Positions 37,111 to 51,399 of a stretch of DNA of 64,000 nucleotides are shown piece by piece. Under the pieces are notes generated by a model. That model made no database searches and was not told the DNA's origin. It saw only the letters and a list, made by a program, of their open reading frames with translations. Origin of the DNA: Heptranchias perlo. Taxonomy: Eukaryota. Within the stretch, counting starts at the first letter, position 1, and the number at the start of each line of letters is the position of its first letter. Location of the stretch: NCBI RefSeq assembly GCF_035084215.1, contig NC_090340.1, positions 15,314,001 through 15,378,000 on the forward strand. The letters are read 5' to 3'. A program made the translations under genes and the position numbers.

Positions 37111-39410
37111 CACCCTGGTGCCCATCCCATGCCATACTAGTTTAAACAACCCCTCCCACAGCACTTTTGAAACCTCGCCTCGAGGACATTGGTCCCAGCT
37201 CTGTTGACATGCAAACCATCCGGCCTGTACAGGTCCACCTTCCTCAGAACTGGTCCCAATGCTCCAGGAATCTAAATCCCTCCCTCCTGCACCATCTCTC
37301 CAGCCACGCATTCTCCTGCTTTATCCTCCTATTTCTATGCTCACTGCCGCGTGGCACCGGGAGCAATCTGGAGATTACTACTTTTGAGGTCTTGCTTCTT
37401 AATCCCTTTGCCATCGTAATATTACATGCGTCAATTATATCCCCCCTCAGCCTCTTTTGTTCCAAAGAAAACAACCCCCGCCGAGCTAATCTTTTCTCAT
37501 AAATTAAATTCTCCAGCCCTGGCAACATCCTCGTAAAAATCCTCTGTACCCTTTCTGGTGCAATCACATCCTTCCTTTAATGTGGTGCCCAGAACTGTAC
37601 GCAGTACTCAAGCTGTGTGTAACCAGTGTTTTATACGGTTCTAGCATAACCTCACTGCTCTAAATTCTATGCCTCGGATAATAAAGGAAAATATCCCGTA
37701 TGCCTCTTTAACCACCTTATGTACCTGTCCTGATACCTTCAGGGATTTGTGGACATGCGCTCCAAGGTCCCTTTGTTCCTCTACACCTCTCAATATCGTT
37801 CCATTTATTGTGTATTCCCTTGCCTTGTTTGTCCTCTCCAAATCCATTACCTCATACTTCTCTGGATTGAATTCCATCCAAATCTCTCTGAACAGCTACA
37901 CTTAATAGTTTATCACCATTTAATAAGTAATCTGCTTGTCTACTCTTCCTACCAAAGTGAATAACCTCACATTTCCCCACATTATACTCCATCTGCTACC
38001 TTCTTGCCGACTCACTGTCTATATCCCTTTGCAGACTCTTTGTGTCCTCCACACAGCTTACTTTCCCACCTAGCTTTCTATGGTCAGCAAAATTAGATAC
38101 ATTACACTCGGTCCCTTCATCTAAGTCATTAATATAGATTGTAACTGGCTGAGGATCAAGCACTGATCCTTGCGGCACCACACTAATTACAGCCTGCCAG
38201 CCTGAAAATGACTCGTTTATTCCTACTCTTTTGTTTCTGTCCGTTAACCAATCCTCTATCCATGATAGTACATTACTCCCAACTCCATGAGCCCTTATCT
38301 GTGTAACAACCTTTTGTGTGGTACCTTATCGAATGCTTTTTGAAAATCCAAATATACTACATCTACTGGTTCCCCTTCATCTACCCTGCTGGTTACAACC
38401 TCAAAAAATTCCAATGGATTTGTCAAACATGATTTCCCTTTCATAAAATCATGTTAACTCTGCCTAATCATATTATGATTTTCTAAGTGCCCCGTTACTA
38501 TGTCCTTAATAATGGATTCCAGCATTTTCCCGACAACTGATGTCAAGTTAAATGGCAGGTCGTTGCTTGTTTTCTCTCCCTCTTTTCTTGAATAGCGGTG
38601 TTACATTTGATGCATACCAATCTATTGGGACCGTTCTAGAAACTAGGCAATTTTGAAAGATCACAACCAATGCATCCACTATTTCTACAGCCACCCATTT
38701 TAGAACTCTAGGATTTAGGCCATCAGATCCAGAGGATTCGTTGGCTTTTAGTCCCATTAATTTCTCCAGTACCTTTTGATTGTTAATATTAATTACGTTA
38801 AGTTCCTCACTCTTGATAGGCCCTTGGTTTCCCACTAGTTCTTGCATGTTTTTGTGTCCTCTACTGTAAAGACGAATATAAAATTCTTGTTTAACGTCTC
38901 AGCCATTTCCTTATTCCCCATTATAATTTCTCCTGTCTCTGCCTCTAATGGGCCCAGGTTTACTTTTGCTACTCTCTTCCTTTTTATATACTTGTAGGGA
39001 TCTTACAATCTGTTTTTATTTTTATTTTTAGTTTACTCTCATTTTTTATTTTCTCCCTCTTCATCAATTTTTATCATCCTTTGCAGGTGTCTAAAACTTT
39101 CCCAATCCTCAGGCTTACTTTCCTTGTTGGCAACATTATAACCCTCTTCTTTTAATCTAATACTATCCTTATCTTCTTTAGTTAACCACGGATGAATTAT
39201 TTTTTTAATGTTCTCCATTGCTTACCTACCAGCATATATTTTAATCTAATTTCCCAATCAACCTTAGCCAACTCTCCTCTTATACCTATGTTATTGGTTT
39301 TGTATAAGCTCAAGACTCTAGTTTTGGACTTAAGTATGTAACTGTCGAACTCAATGTGAAATGCTATCATATTATGATCACTCTTCCCCAGAGGATGCCT
39401 TACTATGAGA
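37111..39410 (-). mobile_element. Mosaic of CR1 fragments
   Basis: ORFs 37244-37567, 37641-37877, 37996-38181, 38548-38847; the part from 37760 is duplicated at 55205-56890. Confidence 0.85.
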
Positions 39411-41856
39411 TTATTTGTTCACTTTTATTAGAGCAACTACCTAAGTAAACTTATTATTCTGTAATGGCATGCGCCCACGAGCACTGCACTGCCTCAGTTT
39501 TGCACCTCGCTGGTCCTCAGCCTGTACTTCAGCGTAACTCTTATGCCCATACTTCTCTGGTTTCTAGATGGTCATTAGATTTGCTATTTAACTATGAATA
39601 ATTATATAAACTAAAAGTTTATGTAAATAAGGACAGAATTTATGATTTCAACATGGAGATTGAATTAATTCTGCGTGACCTGGGTCAATTATTTCTCAAC
39701 CCTCAACCGCTCCTTCATGGAAACACAATCCTTGGTCTTGGCTCCCTGCCACGACCTGAAGTGCCGAGAATTGTTCCTGACTCCACTCTCAGCGCGTCCG
39801 GACCCAAACGATCTGGTTGCACTTCAGTCTTTCTTCATTCGTCCAGTTCATTTCCTCTGTTGCTATTTTTTGATTCTTCTACTGCGCTGGCCGAATCTGG
39901 CTGTGTTGGTGTGGGTCGTACTGTAAAGAATTCGACTCTGCAAAGTTTGAATTCTTCATTTGGGTTCGACCACAAATGAATGGACTTTAGGCGTTGGGAA
40001 CAGGCTGCAAATGCTTCGTCGTGGAATGGCCAGGGTGCAGAAGTGACCTCCCCACTTATTCCAGCAGTCTACTCACTCGGTCCATATATTTTCACGAAAA
40101 TCGTTTCAGAGAAGTTTGAAGTGTTTATATTTTATTTTGTTTTTGTTATACAAAAAGGACCCTTATTTTCATTGTCCAAAGATGGCCTCTCTGGGGGTTT
40201 TCATTCCCGGCGCTACAATCCAATCTCGAACTCACAATTCCTCTAATTCCCACCTCTTATGCGCCCCCTCCCTTTGTCCTACCATTGCTGGTCATTCTTT
40301 CGGCCGTCGAGGCCCCATCTACCACAGTTTCCTCCCTAACATCGTTTCCTTTAAGAGACTCCTTAAATCACACCTCTTTGACCAAGCTTTCGGCCGCACC
40401 AGGTAGTGTCTCCTTCTTTGGTTCGACGTCATTTTTTCCTTCCGCTCTTGCGAAGCCCCTTGAGACGTTTTCTTCTATCATAAAGGAGCTATAAAAATAC
40501 AGATTCTTGGAGGTTTCTGGTTTTGATTGGCAGCATTCGCTACTCTGCATATTGAGCAAATCCATCAGGTAAACTTAAGGGAGAGTGATTATTTGAATCA
40601 ATCAGAAAAGTATTAGGTGCTAATTTTTGGATTAATGCACTTACATACATTTTTAAAATGCAGTGTCAATGGACACGAGAAATATGAGAGCCCTTTAAGA
40701 GGCCCTTAAAATAACGGCGAAGCCTCCATTGCACTTCACGCTCGAATGAGGGGAATATTTCCCTCAGCCGTTCCCATGCTCGGGCAGTGTGTGCTGCCCG
40801 ACATCCATCTGGTCCCTCCTTTTATTCTGGGTAATGCACAGATTTTTCGTTTCTCTCTTGGGGAGACAATCAAACAGAGCCAGAGTTATTAATAAATAGG
40901 GAAAGACTGATAATGGCATCCATCTCTCAAATCCAACGTCTAATATCTCCCCAGTAACCTGATTTTCCCCATTGTCTGTTCGACAGCTGCCCCAACTCCA
41001 CTGAAGATTGTTTCCAGAACACCCGAGCCAAATCGTCTGCCTCTCTGACTCTTGTGTGTGAAACGGCTGAGATTTACCCGGAGGATTTCATCCTCACTTG
41101 GTATAAAAATGGCGTCAAAACCACAGCTGGGATAAATATTACTAAACGACAAAACACTGGGGGTCTGAATGAAGTTTCCAGTCCTTTGGAAGAGACGCAG
41201 CTTAACCGAAATGGCTCTGTTTACATCTGTTTGGTAACTCATGTCACCCTCCAGACACACACCATTGTAACCTACACTGTAAGCAATTCCAACCCAGGTA
41301 AGAGGTCAACAGGCCAAGAACTGAGGTCAGCTACTGTTAAATACTGAAAAGGTATTTCATAGAGTTTGTTCATATTGATAATCGTAAGATAATTTGAATA
41401 AAATTCCCGGGAAAGCAAACTGAAAATTCATGTTTCAATGTAATGTATTATTGACCTGAACCTGTTGTAAAACCGGAAGTAATATTATCGCTCTCCACCC
41501 AGAAACTGCCAGTGAAACCTCGACAGCTTCTCAAAATGCCATGGCGGTGTTTGAATCACCTTCTCTGGATTGTAAGTCCACGCCTCTGGATTAAAAGTTC
41601 AGTAACATAAGCACTACCCTACCGTACCCTTATATTGCTAGATATTTAACTGTGGGGGCTAAACTAGGGAACACTGGTAAAAAGTAGTAAATGATAATTT
41701 TAAGAATGATGTCAGGAATTTCTTCTTCACAAAGATCAACATGTGGAATAAACTTGCAGACTCAGCAAAGGAGGCAAAAGACCGAGAATCCTTTAACAAA
41801 TAGCTGGATTCTACATCGGGGAAACATTTTCATCAGGGTGGATGAATTAAATTCTA
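37760..41856 (+). repeat. Segmental duplication, paralogous to 55209-64000 (copy 2 versus copy 3 unit)
   Basis: Colinear similarity across a shared CR1-CR1 junction (TTCCATCCAAA.CTCTCTGAAC), unique DNA 39410-40200 / 56890-58060, an L2 tail 40200-40510 / 58060-58345, the C1 exon and intron. Confidence 0.92.
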
Positions 41857-44800
41857 CTGTTTTGCCTATGTAGTTCAATGTCGTATTGGCTTTGTCCACT
41901 GCTGCTCTGCTTGGATGGACATGTGGTTAGCGTCCAGTCTACTAAGACTCCTAAGTCTCTTTTAGTTCCATCCTTAGCTATTTCAATGCAATCCATGGAA
42001 TACATGTATAGTTTAATTTTCCTTCCCATCCGTAGTAATCTACTCTTCTCTGCATTGAATTTCATCTGCTATTGCTCTGCCCACCTATATATCTAAATTC
42101 ATGTTAAGCTTTACATTGATTCTAAAAATACTTTTGAAAGCATAAACATGGAAATTGAATAAACATTTTAATCATTGAGTGTGATCAAATATCATTAATT
42201 CCCAGGTAAACAGAATAGGGTAAGAACACCGCACCGCAATGAAGAGCTGGTAGGTTCATATCATTCATCCAGGAAGAGAGTTCGAATTTAAATAAATATT
42301 GTTATGATGGAGATATTTTATCAAAAGTAATTGTCCCTCTTTGATGAGTCATTCAAATCGTGTTTTGAAAATTAATTGGCACTTGTTGCAATGCTGGTGT
42401 AACTGGTTAAACAAAGATTTTTTAAAAATAAAATTGGTAGCTTTATTCAACATTTACCTAGGTAATAATTATTTGTAAATCCATCTAATCCTTGCTTTTG
42501 GAATCTGACATTACACGTCTAAGATTCTGAAACTACCTCTTGTTTAATCATATCTGTAACACTGTATAGTGGTGAAAATTGATAGGTTGAAATGTCAGTT
42601 ACAGTGGACACACTATTTACCGGCCTTAATATTCGCATAATTCTAAAATATATTAACTGTGGTTTTATTTGTAGTCCCGATCATTCTGTGCAATATTTCA
42701 TCAGCAGTCTGTAAACGGGCGAAGGCACTGAACTAGCCACATAACAAGACAATTTCCTTCTGGCCCGTGCAGGGAGCAGAGAGTGAGATGGCGCCTTATG
42801 CTGCATTAGATGTGAGCAAAGCCAAGAAAACCCCAGGACGTAAACTTGAAAAGGAGAGGGCAGTATACGCTCAGGTACGGCAGAGAAGCAGATAAGGGAA
42901 ACATAAATCACCACTGTGGCACTAACATTCATGGAATAGCGGAGTATTTTGGGTTATAGAAGTGGCTGATCCTTTATCTGAATACCATATTCCCGCTCTC
43001 TCCCCATACCCCTTTTGTGTCTAGAAATCTATCTGGCTCCTTCTTAAATATATTCAGTGACTTGGCCTCCATTGCCTTCTGTGGTAGAGAATTCCACAGG
43101 TTCACCAAATTCTGAGTGAAGAAATTTGTCCTTATCTCAATCCTAAATGTCCTACCGCATATCCTGAGACTGTGAGCCCTTGATCTGGACAGCCCAGCCA
43201 GGGGAAACATCCTCCCTGTATCCAGTCTTTCTAGCCCTGTCAGAATTTTATATGTTCAATGAGATACCCTCTCATTCTTCTAAAATCGAGTGAATATAGG
43301 CCGAGTCAACCCAATCTCTCCTCATATGACAGTTCTGCCATCCCAGGAATCAGTCTGGTGAACCTTCTATGGAAAGTATATCCTTTCTTAGTTAAGGAGA
43401 TGAAAACTGCATACAATACTCCAGGTGTGGTCTCACCAAGACCCTGTATAACTTCAGTAAACATCGTTGCTCCTGTACTCAAATCCTCTTGCAATGAAGG
43501 CCAACATAACAGTTGCCTTCCTAGTTACTTGCTGCACCTGCACGTTTGCTTTCAGTGACTGGTGTTCAAGGATACTCAGGAACATCAACATTTCACAATC
43601 TACCCCATTTAATAAATCGCTGCCTTTCTGTTTTACCTTCCGAAGTGGATAACTTCACATTTATCCATATTATACTGCATCTACCATGTATTTGCCCACT
43701 CACTCAACTTGCCTAAATCGCCTTGAAGCCTCTTTGCATCACCCTCACAACTCACGATCCCACCTAGTTTTATGTCATCAGCAAACTTAGAAACATTACA
43801 TTTCGTTCCCTCATCCAAATCATTGCTATATATTGTAAATAGCTGGGGCCCAAGGACCGATCCCTACCGTACCCCACTAGTCGCTTCCTGCCACCCCGAA
43901 AAAAAAACATTTATTCCTACTCTCTGTTTCCTGTCTGTTAACCAATTTTCAATCCATGCCAGTATATTACCCCCAATCCCATGTGCTTTAATTTTGCATA
44001 CTAACCTCTTATGTGGAATTTATCAAAGGCCTTCTGAAAATCCAAATAAACCACATTCACTGGTTCTCCCTTATCTATTCTACCAGTTACATCCTCAAAA
44101 AACTCCAGTAGGTTTGTCAAACACGATTTCCTTTTCATAAATCCATGTTGACTTTGTCCAATCCCGTTGATATTTTCTAAGTGTCCTGTTATCACATCCT
44201 TTATAATAGACTCGAGCATTTTCTCTACTATTGATGTTAGGCCAGCTATAGTTCCCTGTTTTCTATCTCCCTCATTTTTGAAATAATGGGGTTACATTTG
44301 CCACCCTCCAATCTGCAGGAACTGTTCCATAATCTACAGAATTTTGGAAGATGACAACCAATGCATCCATTATTTCCAAAGCTACCTCTTTTAGTATTCT
44401 GGGATGCAGATTATCAGGCCCTGGGAATTTATCGGCTTTCAGTCCCATTAATTTCTCCAACAGTATTTTTTTACTAATACTACAACCCTTTAGTTCCCCC
44501 TTCTCACTAGTCCCTTGGTTCCCTAGCATCTCTGGGAAGTTATTTGTGTCCTCTTCCGTGGAGACAGAACCAAAGTATTCGTTTAATTGCTCTGCCATTT
44601 CCTTGTTCCCCATTATAAATTCTCCCGTTTCTGACTGTAAGAGACCTACATTTGTCTTCACTAATCTTTTTCTTTTTACATACTTGTAGAAGCTTTTACA
44701 GTCCACTTTTATGTTCCTTGCAAGTTGACTCTCATACTCTATTTTCCCCCTTTTAATCAATCTCTTGGTCCTTTTTTGCTGAATTCTAAACTGCTCCCAA

Positions 44801-46588
44801 TCCTCAGCCTTGTTACTTTTTCTGGCAACTTTAAGTGACTTCTCTTTGGATCTAATACTATCCTTAATTTCTTTTGTTAGCCATGGTTGGGCCGCTTTTC
44901 CTATTGTGTTTTTGCGTCAGAAAGGAAAGTATATTTGTTGCAATTCATGCATTCGTTCCTTAAATGTTAGCCATTGCCTCCCCACCAGCATGCCTTTTAA
45001 TGAAGCTTCCCAGTCTATCATAGCCAACTCACTGCTCATACCTTCGTAGTTTCCTTTGTTTAGATTTATGACCCTAGTTTCGGATTGACCTACTTCACTT
45101 TGCATCTTAATGCCGAATTCTATCGTGTTATGTTCACTCTTCTCTAAAGGTCCCCGCACAACAAGATTATTAATTAATCCCTTCTCATTGCACAATACCC
45201 AACCTAGGATAGCCTGTTCCCTGGTTGGCTCCTCAACATACTCTGAAAAACCATCTCGCACACTCCAGGAATTCATCCTCCACATTATTATTGCTAATTT
45301 AGTTTGGCCAGTCTACATGTAGATTAAAGTCACCCATGATTACTATAGTACTCTTGTTACATGCATCTCTAATTTCCTGTTTGATGCCGTTTTCTACATT
45401 ACCACTACTGTTTGGAGGCCTATAGACAACTCCCACCGGTGTTTTCTGCCCCTTTGTGCTTCTTAACTTCACCCAGACTGATTCTACATCTTGATTTTCT
45501 GAGCCAATATCCTTTCTCACTATTGCTCTGATTTCATCCTTTACTAACGCCAGACCACCTACTTTACCTTTTTGCCTGTCCTTCCTAAATATCGAATACC
45601 CTTGGATATTCAGCTCCCAGCCTTTGTCACCCTGCAGCCATGTCTCTGTAATTGCAAATATATCGTATGGGTTTACATTTATTTGTGATGTTAATTCATC
45701 TACATTATTGTGAATGCTTCGTGCATTCAGATGCAGTGCCTTTAGATTTGTCTTTTTAACATTTTTAGACATCTTAAAAAAATTTTGTGCTATGGCCCTA
45801 TTTGTCTTAATACCATTTTTTCTTACCCGGACCCTATTTGTTAGTGCACTCTTTTGTTTGTACGCTCTGCCCTTCCTGACACAATCTGATTAACCTTACC
45901 CCAATCACTTTCCTGCACTGCTTCTTTGTCTTTTCTCTTTAGCATTCTAGATTTCTCTCCACCGGGACTCTTCCCCCCACCCCACCCCCACTTATTTAGT
46001 TTAAAGCCCTATGTACCTCACTAGTTATTCGATTTGCTTGAACTCTGGTCCCAGCATGGTTCAGGTGTAGACCGTCCCAACGGAACAGCTCTCTCTTTCC
46101 CCAGTACTGGTGCCAGTGCCCCACGAATCGAAACCCACTTCTTCCACACCAATATTTGAGCCACGCATTCATCTCTCTGATCTTAGTTACCCTATGCCAA
46201 TTTGCTCGTGGCTCAGGTAATACTCCAGAGATTAATACCTTTGCGCTTCTGCTTTTTAATTTAGTCCCGAGCTGCTCAAACTCTCAGTTGTGCTGACTTT
46301 AACCGTATTTTGTATCTAAAGCTATTTGTGAGTTATTCGGATGACTATTTTGAGCAGCATTCCACAAACTGGCAAAAAGACCAATCAACAATACTTCCAA
46401 ACATTGGCTTTTCGGGTAAAACAAGGAAGAGCCCGTGACAAACTGACGTACGCGATCTAGAATTGTCTGGCCCCGAGAAAGCGGGGAAATCTAAAAATAA
46501 CCGAAAAAGTACAGAATTAGGCGAACTACAGACGAAAAAACAAAGAGGAGTAACAGAGGTCGTTTACACAGAAGCAAGAACCAAATAG
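40987..46588 (+). pseudogene. IgSF receptor copy 2 pseudogene: frameshifted C1 (40987-41297), cytoplasmic exons 42206-42249, 42773-42874 (read-through stop 42895), 46416-46588; no leader, V or TM
   Basis: C1 is 311 nt versus 312 in copy 3 (GAG CC AAA versus GAG AGC AAA); exon A reads GAESEMAPYAALDVSKAKKTPGRKLEKERAVYAQ; exon B has a CGG acceptor and a 1-nt deletion. Confidence 0.88.
42958..46286 (-). mobile_element. CR1, near-complete disrupted ORF2, in the last intron of copy 2
   Basis: ORFs 45299-45772 (APE), 44917-45285, 44272-44760, 44001-44219, 42974-43210; flanks rejoin to match the 204-bp copy 1 intron 20790-20993. Confidence 0.92.
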
Positions 46589-47899
46589 TGATGCAATCTG
46601 AGGCACATAAATCGGTTTACTGGTGTATACTGATTTATCCCGCAGCCGTATCAACTCCATTGATGTCAATGGAAAAAAAAAAGTCTGTCGGTTCCTTTAA
46701 AAGGCTGAAGATCCGATGCAGCAGTTTACCGCCTAAACAGTGACAGTGTGCATGTATATCCGTGTAATCCAATCATCATGCATCCGAAATGTAACACATT
46801 CCAGTTTCATGGTATAAAATACACCTGTATACATAGCTTCATTATTTGGGGATTATTAGTCAGCAATATAGTTACTTGTAATAAAAAGCATTTTCAAGTT
46901 AAATCTGTATTATTTAATGTATGACGCATCTATACTATTTCAATTATAATGATAGGCGAACTGTCATGCTGCAGCTACTTGCATCATGTATATGTATTCA
47001 ATACATATGGATGTTTTACGTTCTCCTTGTTAAAAATCAACCATATCACATAAGTGATACTTATTTCTGGGAACAAAACGGGAAAGTTTTTGACTTTACG
47101 CGCTGTGTCACTGTATTCCGGCTTCGAGACCAGGCGATGCTCCTGGAGCGGAGAGCAGGAAGTTTCAATCCATGGACTGGTCCATAAACTATCTGAACTC
47201 AACTTCTGCATGACGATACTGGAGACACACTTGCCTGAACTCTGGGATGGCTATCGATTCCTTTCCGAAACGATATTCCCAGACACTCCACAGTAACCGT
47301 GAAGGGAACGGCCCTGATTATCCCCATTAAGTCCAATTTTCAGAAGGAGAGTGATGTTTGAGAGAGAGTTCTGAAACAAGCAATATAAATTTTTCCGGGA
47401 TTTATAATTTAACTTCTGAGAAAACATATACTAAGCTAAATGTATTTTAGTTGTAGAAAAGCTTGAATAAACCATGATCTAGGCATTTAAAATATTTCGA
47501 GGCCTAGGCAATGGAAATATAAACAGGTTAGTTGATTTAGATATTTAACATGCAATAGAGGTTCAACTTTAACAAGCCTCAATGAAGAAGAGGATATAAC
47601 TACATACACTCATTCCCTATAGAGTGGTTCCCTCATCAGGAAAGAGATAACTCGTGGTTTAAAATGTTAAATATTAAAACCTATTTGGGGAGCAGCTAAA
47701 CTAAATTACAGGCTTAGAACATTGTGCAACTGTTACTGTACGGTAGCCCGGCTGTTCCAATGATTAAGTCTTTGACTCCGAATTTAAAGACAATACAAGA
47801 GGAAGTGAATTAATTGCCTCCTGCTTCGTGTAACTATCATTCTTTGGTTACTGTGTGCGTTATCAAGTCGGAAACCAGACACAATGCCCAGGGGTTTGG

Positions 47900-49850
47900 A
47901 ATCCTAGAATGTTATAGCATAGAAACTGGCCATTTGGTTCATAGATTCTGCAACCTTGTTTTTCTCCACATGTACCACTTAGTTAATTCCACTCTCTTGT
48001 TCGATCCCCACAATGTTCAATATTCCTCTTTTTCATTCAGCTGCTTCCCATTGAAAAAAGTTTCTGCTTCAACAACGGAATGCAGCAGTGAACTCCAAAT
48101 TTTCATACTGTAACCATGGTCTATGTAAAAAGTATTTTATATCTTAATTTTAATTATTTGCGATTGTTAACTTTGCGCCCTTTTATTACCGTCCACCCGC
48201 CAGTGGGAATAATTTTTCAGTATTATTTTATTACAATCCTTCACAACCTTGAAAGCCTTTGCATGCTTACCCCTTAATCTTCTCAGCTCTATTGATGAAA
48301 GCCCTAGCTTCTCAAATTTCTCCTTAACATTAACTCCACATCGTTGGTAACATAGTAGTCATTCTCTGCTGCACGCATTCCATTGTTTTTCTATCCTGTT
48401 TATAATGGAGTGCTCATACCTGTACACAACGCTCAATTACAGTCAAACTAAAGTCAAGTACAACATTACCTCTTTGTTTTTCTATTTTATGCCTCTACGG
48501 CTTTTTGTGGCCTAATCTAATATCGGTGCCACCATTAATAACTTGTGAAGCTGCACATCAAGATCACTACTCCACTGCACCATTTCAAATCCAACCTTTT
48601 AAGGATGGTTTTGTTTTTCGGTTTTTATCTCCAAAAATGTATTACTTCAAATTTCTCTGCCTTTCACATCTGCTACCTAACTGTCCATCCAGCGATGTCT
48701 ATCAGTATCCTCCCTGCAGGATATCACAAGCTCCATCCTCATCCTCCATTCTCCCCTTCTCATTAGGTGTCATCTTCAAATTTGGATGTTAATACCTCAA
48801 TTCCCGCGAACCCATAATGCATGTGCGCAGTAAATAAAAGCAGCACCAACTCAGGCGGCTGTGAAACATCAGTCATCAAATACGTCCATTCTAAGAAGCT
48901 GCATTTTATCCCTATACTTTGTTTGCTAGCTCCCAAACATCGATCTACCCTTGTGGCCAGATTCGTCTTACTTCCATATGGTGAGGGTCTCTTTTGTGAT
49001 ACATAGAAACAAAGAAACATAGAAAATAGGAGCAAGAGGAGGCCATTTGGCCCTTCGGGCCTACTCAGCCATTCAAAATGATCATGGCTGATCGTCTAAC
49101 TCAGTACCCCGTTCCTGCTTTTTCCCCATATCCCTTGATCACTTGAGCATTAAGAAATATATCTATCTCCTTCTTGAATACATGTAATGACTTGGCCTCC
49201 ACTGCCTTCTGTGGTAGAGAATTCCAAAGGTTCACCACCCTCTGAGTGAAGAAATGTCTCCTCATCTCGGTTCTAAATGGCATACCCCGCATCCTGAGAC
49301 TGTGACCCCTGGTTCTGGACGCCACAACCATCGGGACCGTCCTCCCTGCATCTAGTCTGTCTCGTCCTGTTAGAATTTTACATGTTTCAATGAGATCACC
49401 TCTCATTCTTCTAAACTCTAGCGAATATAGTCCTGCCATCCCAAGAATCAGTCTGGTAAACCTTCGTTGCACTCCCTCCATGGCAAGGACATACTTCCTC
49501 AGATATGGAGGCCAAAATTGCACACAACACTCTAGATGTGGTCTTACCAAGGTCGTGTATAACTGCAGTAAGACATCCCTGCTCCTGTACTCAAATCCTC
49601 TTGCAATGAAGGCCGACGTACCATTCACCTTCCTAACTGCTTGCTGCACCCATACCTTACTAAATGCATTTCGAAAGTCCATGTAAATCACTTCCACGAC
49701 CTTTCCTTTGTCTTTTCCCTCTGTTATTTCTTCAAAGAATTCTCTAAGGGAAGCCAAGCACGATCTGCTATTTAGAAATCGATGCTCGCTGGCCATGATG
49801 AGCTCTTCTTTCGACAAGTGCCTGGCAGTTTTATCTAGTTTGACAAAGTG
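47900..49850 (-). mobile_element. Old CR1 remnants with a younger CR1 3' end (about 49000-49653)
   Basis: ORF 49101-49853 is a chimera of two RT segments; CATAGAAAC tail at about 49000-49025. Confidence 0.8.
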
Positions 49851-51399
49851 CACATTAAATGTAAGTAAATGTTCAACAACTAGGATTATGTTTCAAATTA
49901 ATTTCACATTCGATTTTCTCATCTAATAACTGCATAATGTTTGAAGAATAATGCTTGAAGATACTTTTGCTAACTAGTTAACTAATTGTGACACATTCGT
50001 GAAAAGTCAACGAGTGGGCGCTCAGCCAGCCCTGTGTTCTGAAAAAAATGGAAGCGATTAGCTGAAGATTTCGTCTTGTGTTTTTTTGCTCTACTAACAA
50101 ATGTTGCTAAATATTGACACCGGCGCGTGGGTTTCTAAAGCTCATGGCTCATATGCTCATCTCCGCTGTCGCAGTTCAAGTTTTAAATTTAGCTGTTAAT
50201 TGCAACACTCTGAAAACTTAGCGAATGTTTCAACAACAGCAGTTATTACGCCTCATGGCTCAGTGTAATTGCATCAATGGCAATGCTCACATTTATTCAT
50301 CTACACACACGTTTCAGTACATTTAAACTGGCTAAACCACTGACACTTGGCTTAATTTAATGTACTGCAATACTGTAATATTGATCACACAGGCTTCCAG
50401 CTTGTAAGTTGTGGACAGCTGTCTAAAATGTCAAAAGTATTTCGTTAATGTGAAGCATATTTTATTCAATCATCTTTTACTTGTAATAATTTTAAGAGGA
50501 ATGTTGCTACTTAAAATTGTCCCTTGTCATGGTGTTTTACACATTAGGAATGCAGATTGGAGGCGACCAAGGAGTGTATTGTGTATAGAACATCTTATGG
50601 GATATCTTGTCGTTTAACTTCATCCTCATCGTGAGCAGGACATAGTGTAGAATGTAATTATAATGTCACAGTCGGGGAAGTTTCATGTAAAACCCGTGCT
50701 CCCAGGCTGCCTACAAGCAGCACGGTAACAGTTTATAATTAGTGACCGAACATAGCAGTCAGTGTATAGGTATTTCCCTTTATAACACTAAAGGCTTAAC
50801 CGACAGGTTAGAAGAATGCGCTTCCCCTTTAAGAACACGCTGCCTTTGATTATGTTCAAGACGGTTGAAAAGTTAAGGAACACAAATAGAAACAAGTATA
50901 CGGACCAACACGCATGCACGTGTGATTACGTGCACGCACACACGCACACACCAAATTTATAGTTTCTGTGCATACCCAGTGAAAAATTACAACCTAGAGC
51001 ATTAAAATGGATATATAATAAAAATCAAGGTTAACATATCAATAAGAAAGGAGAGTCGTCTTGGCAGACTCAAAGGGGGTAAAATTCAATTATTTCGCTA
51101 TCTCTATCTTAACCCAGCACCAACTCGTTATAATTTCTCACCCATCCTAATCAGAAATGTATTTATTTCACCGATTCTGTAGTCACGGCGCTTGGTGCAT
51201 TTTACAAGTCTGAGTCAGAACAAGCTGGGCTTTCAGTTGGATCCTCTCCATGATTTCGAGACCTAAGAATCAGGACTCTGATTCCACACAAACGGCCGGC
51301 TACCCCACTGCAGTTGATAAGGTCGTCCCAGCTGATCGACGTGAACTGATTCGAGCGACTCCATGGAACATATTATTGTATATCGATAACACGTCATTT

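Noticed and set aside
39653-40246. ORFs in unique duplicated DNA (paralog 57129-58086)
   Set aside because: Stops in minus frames, no recognisable domain, and the paralog is interrupted by a LINE fragment; similarity is explained by the duplication.
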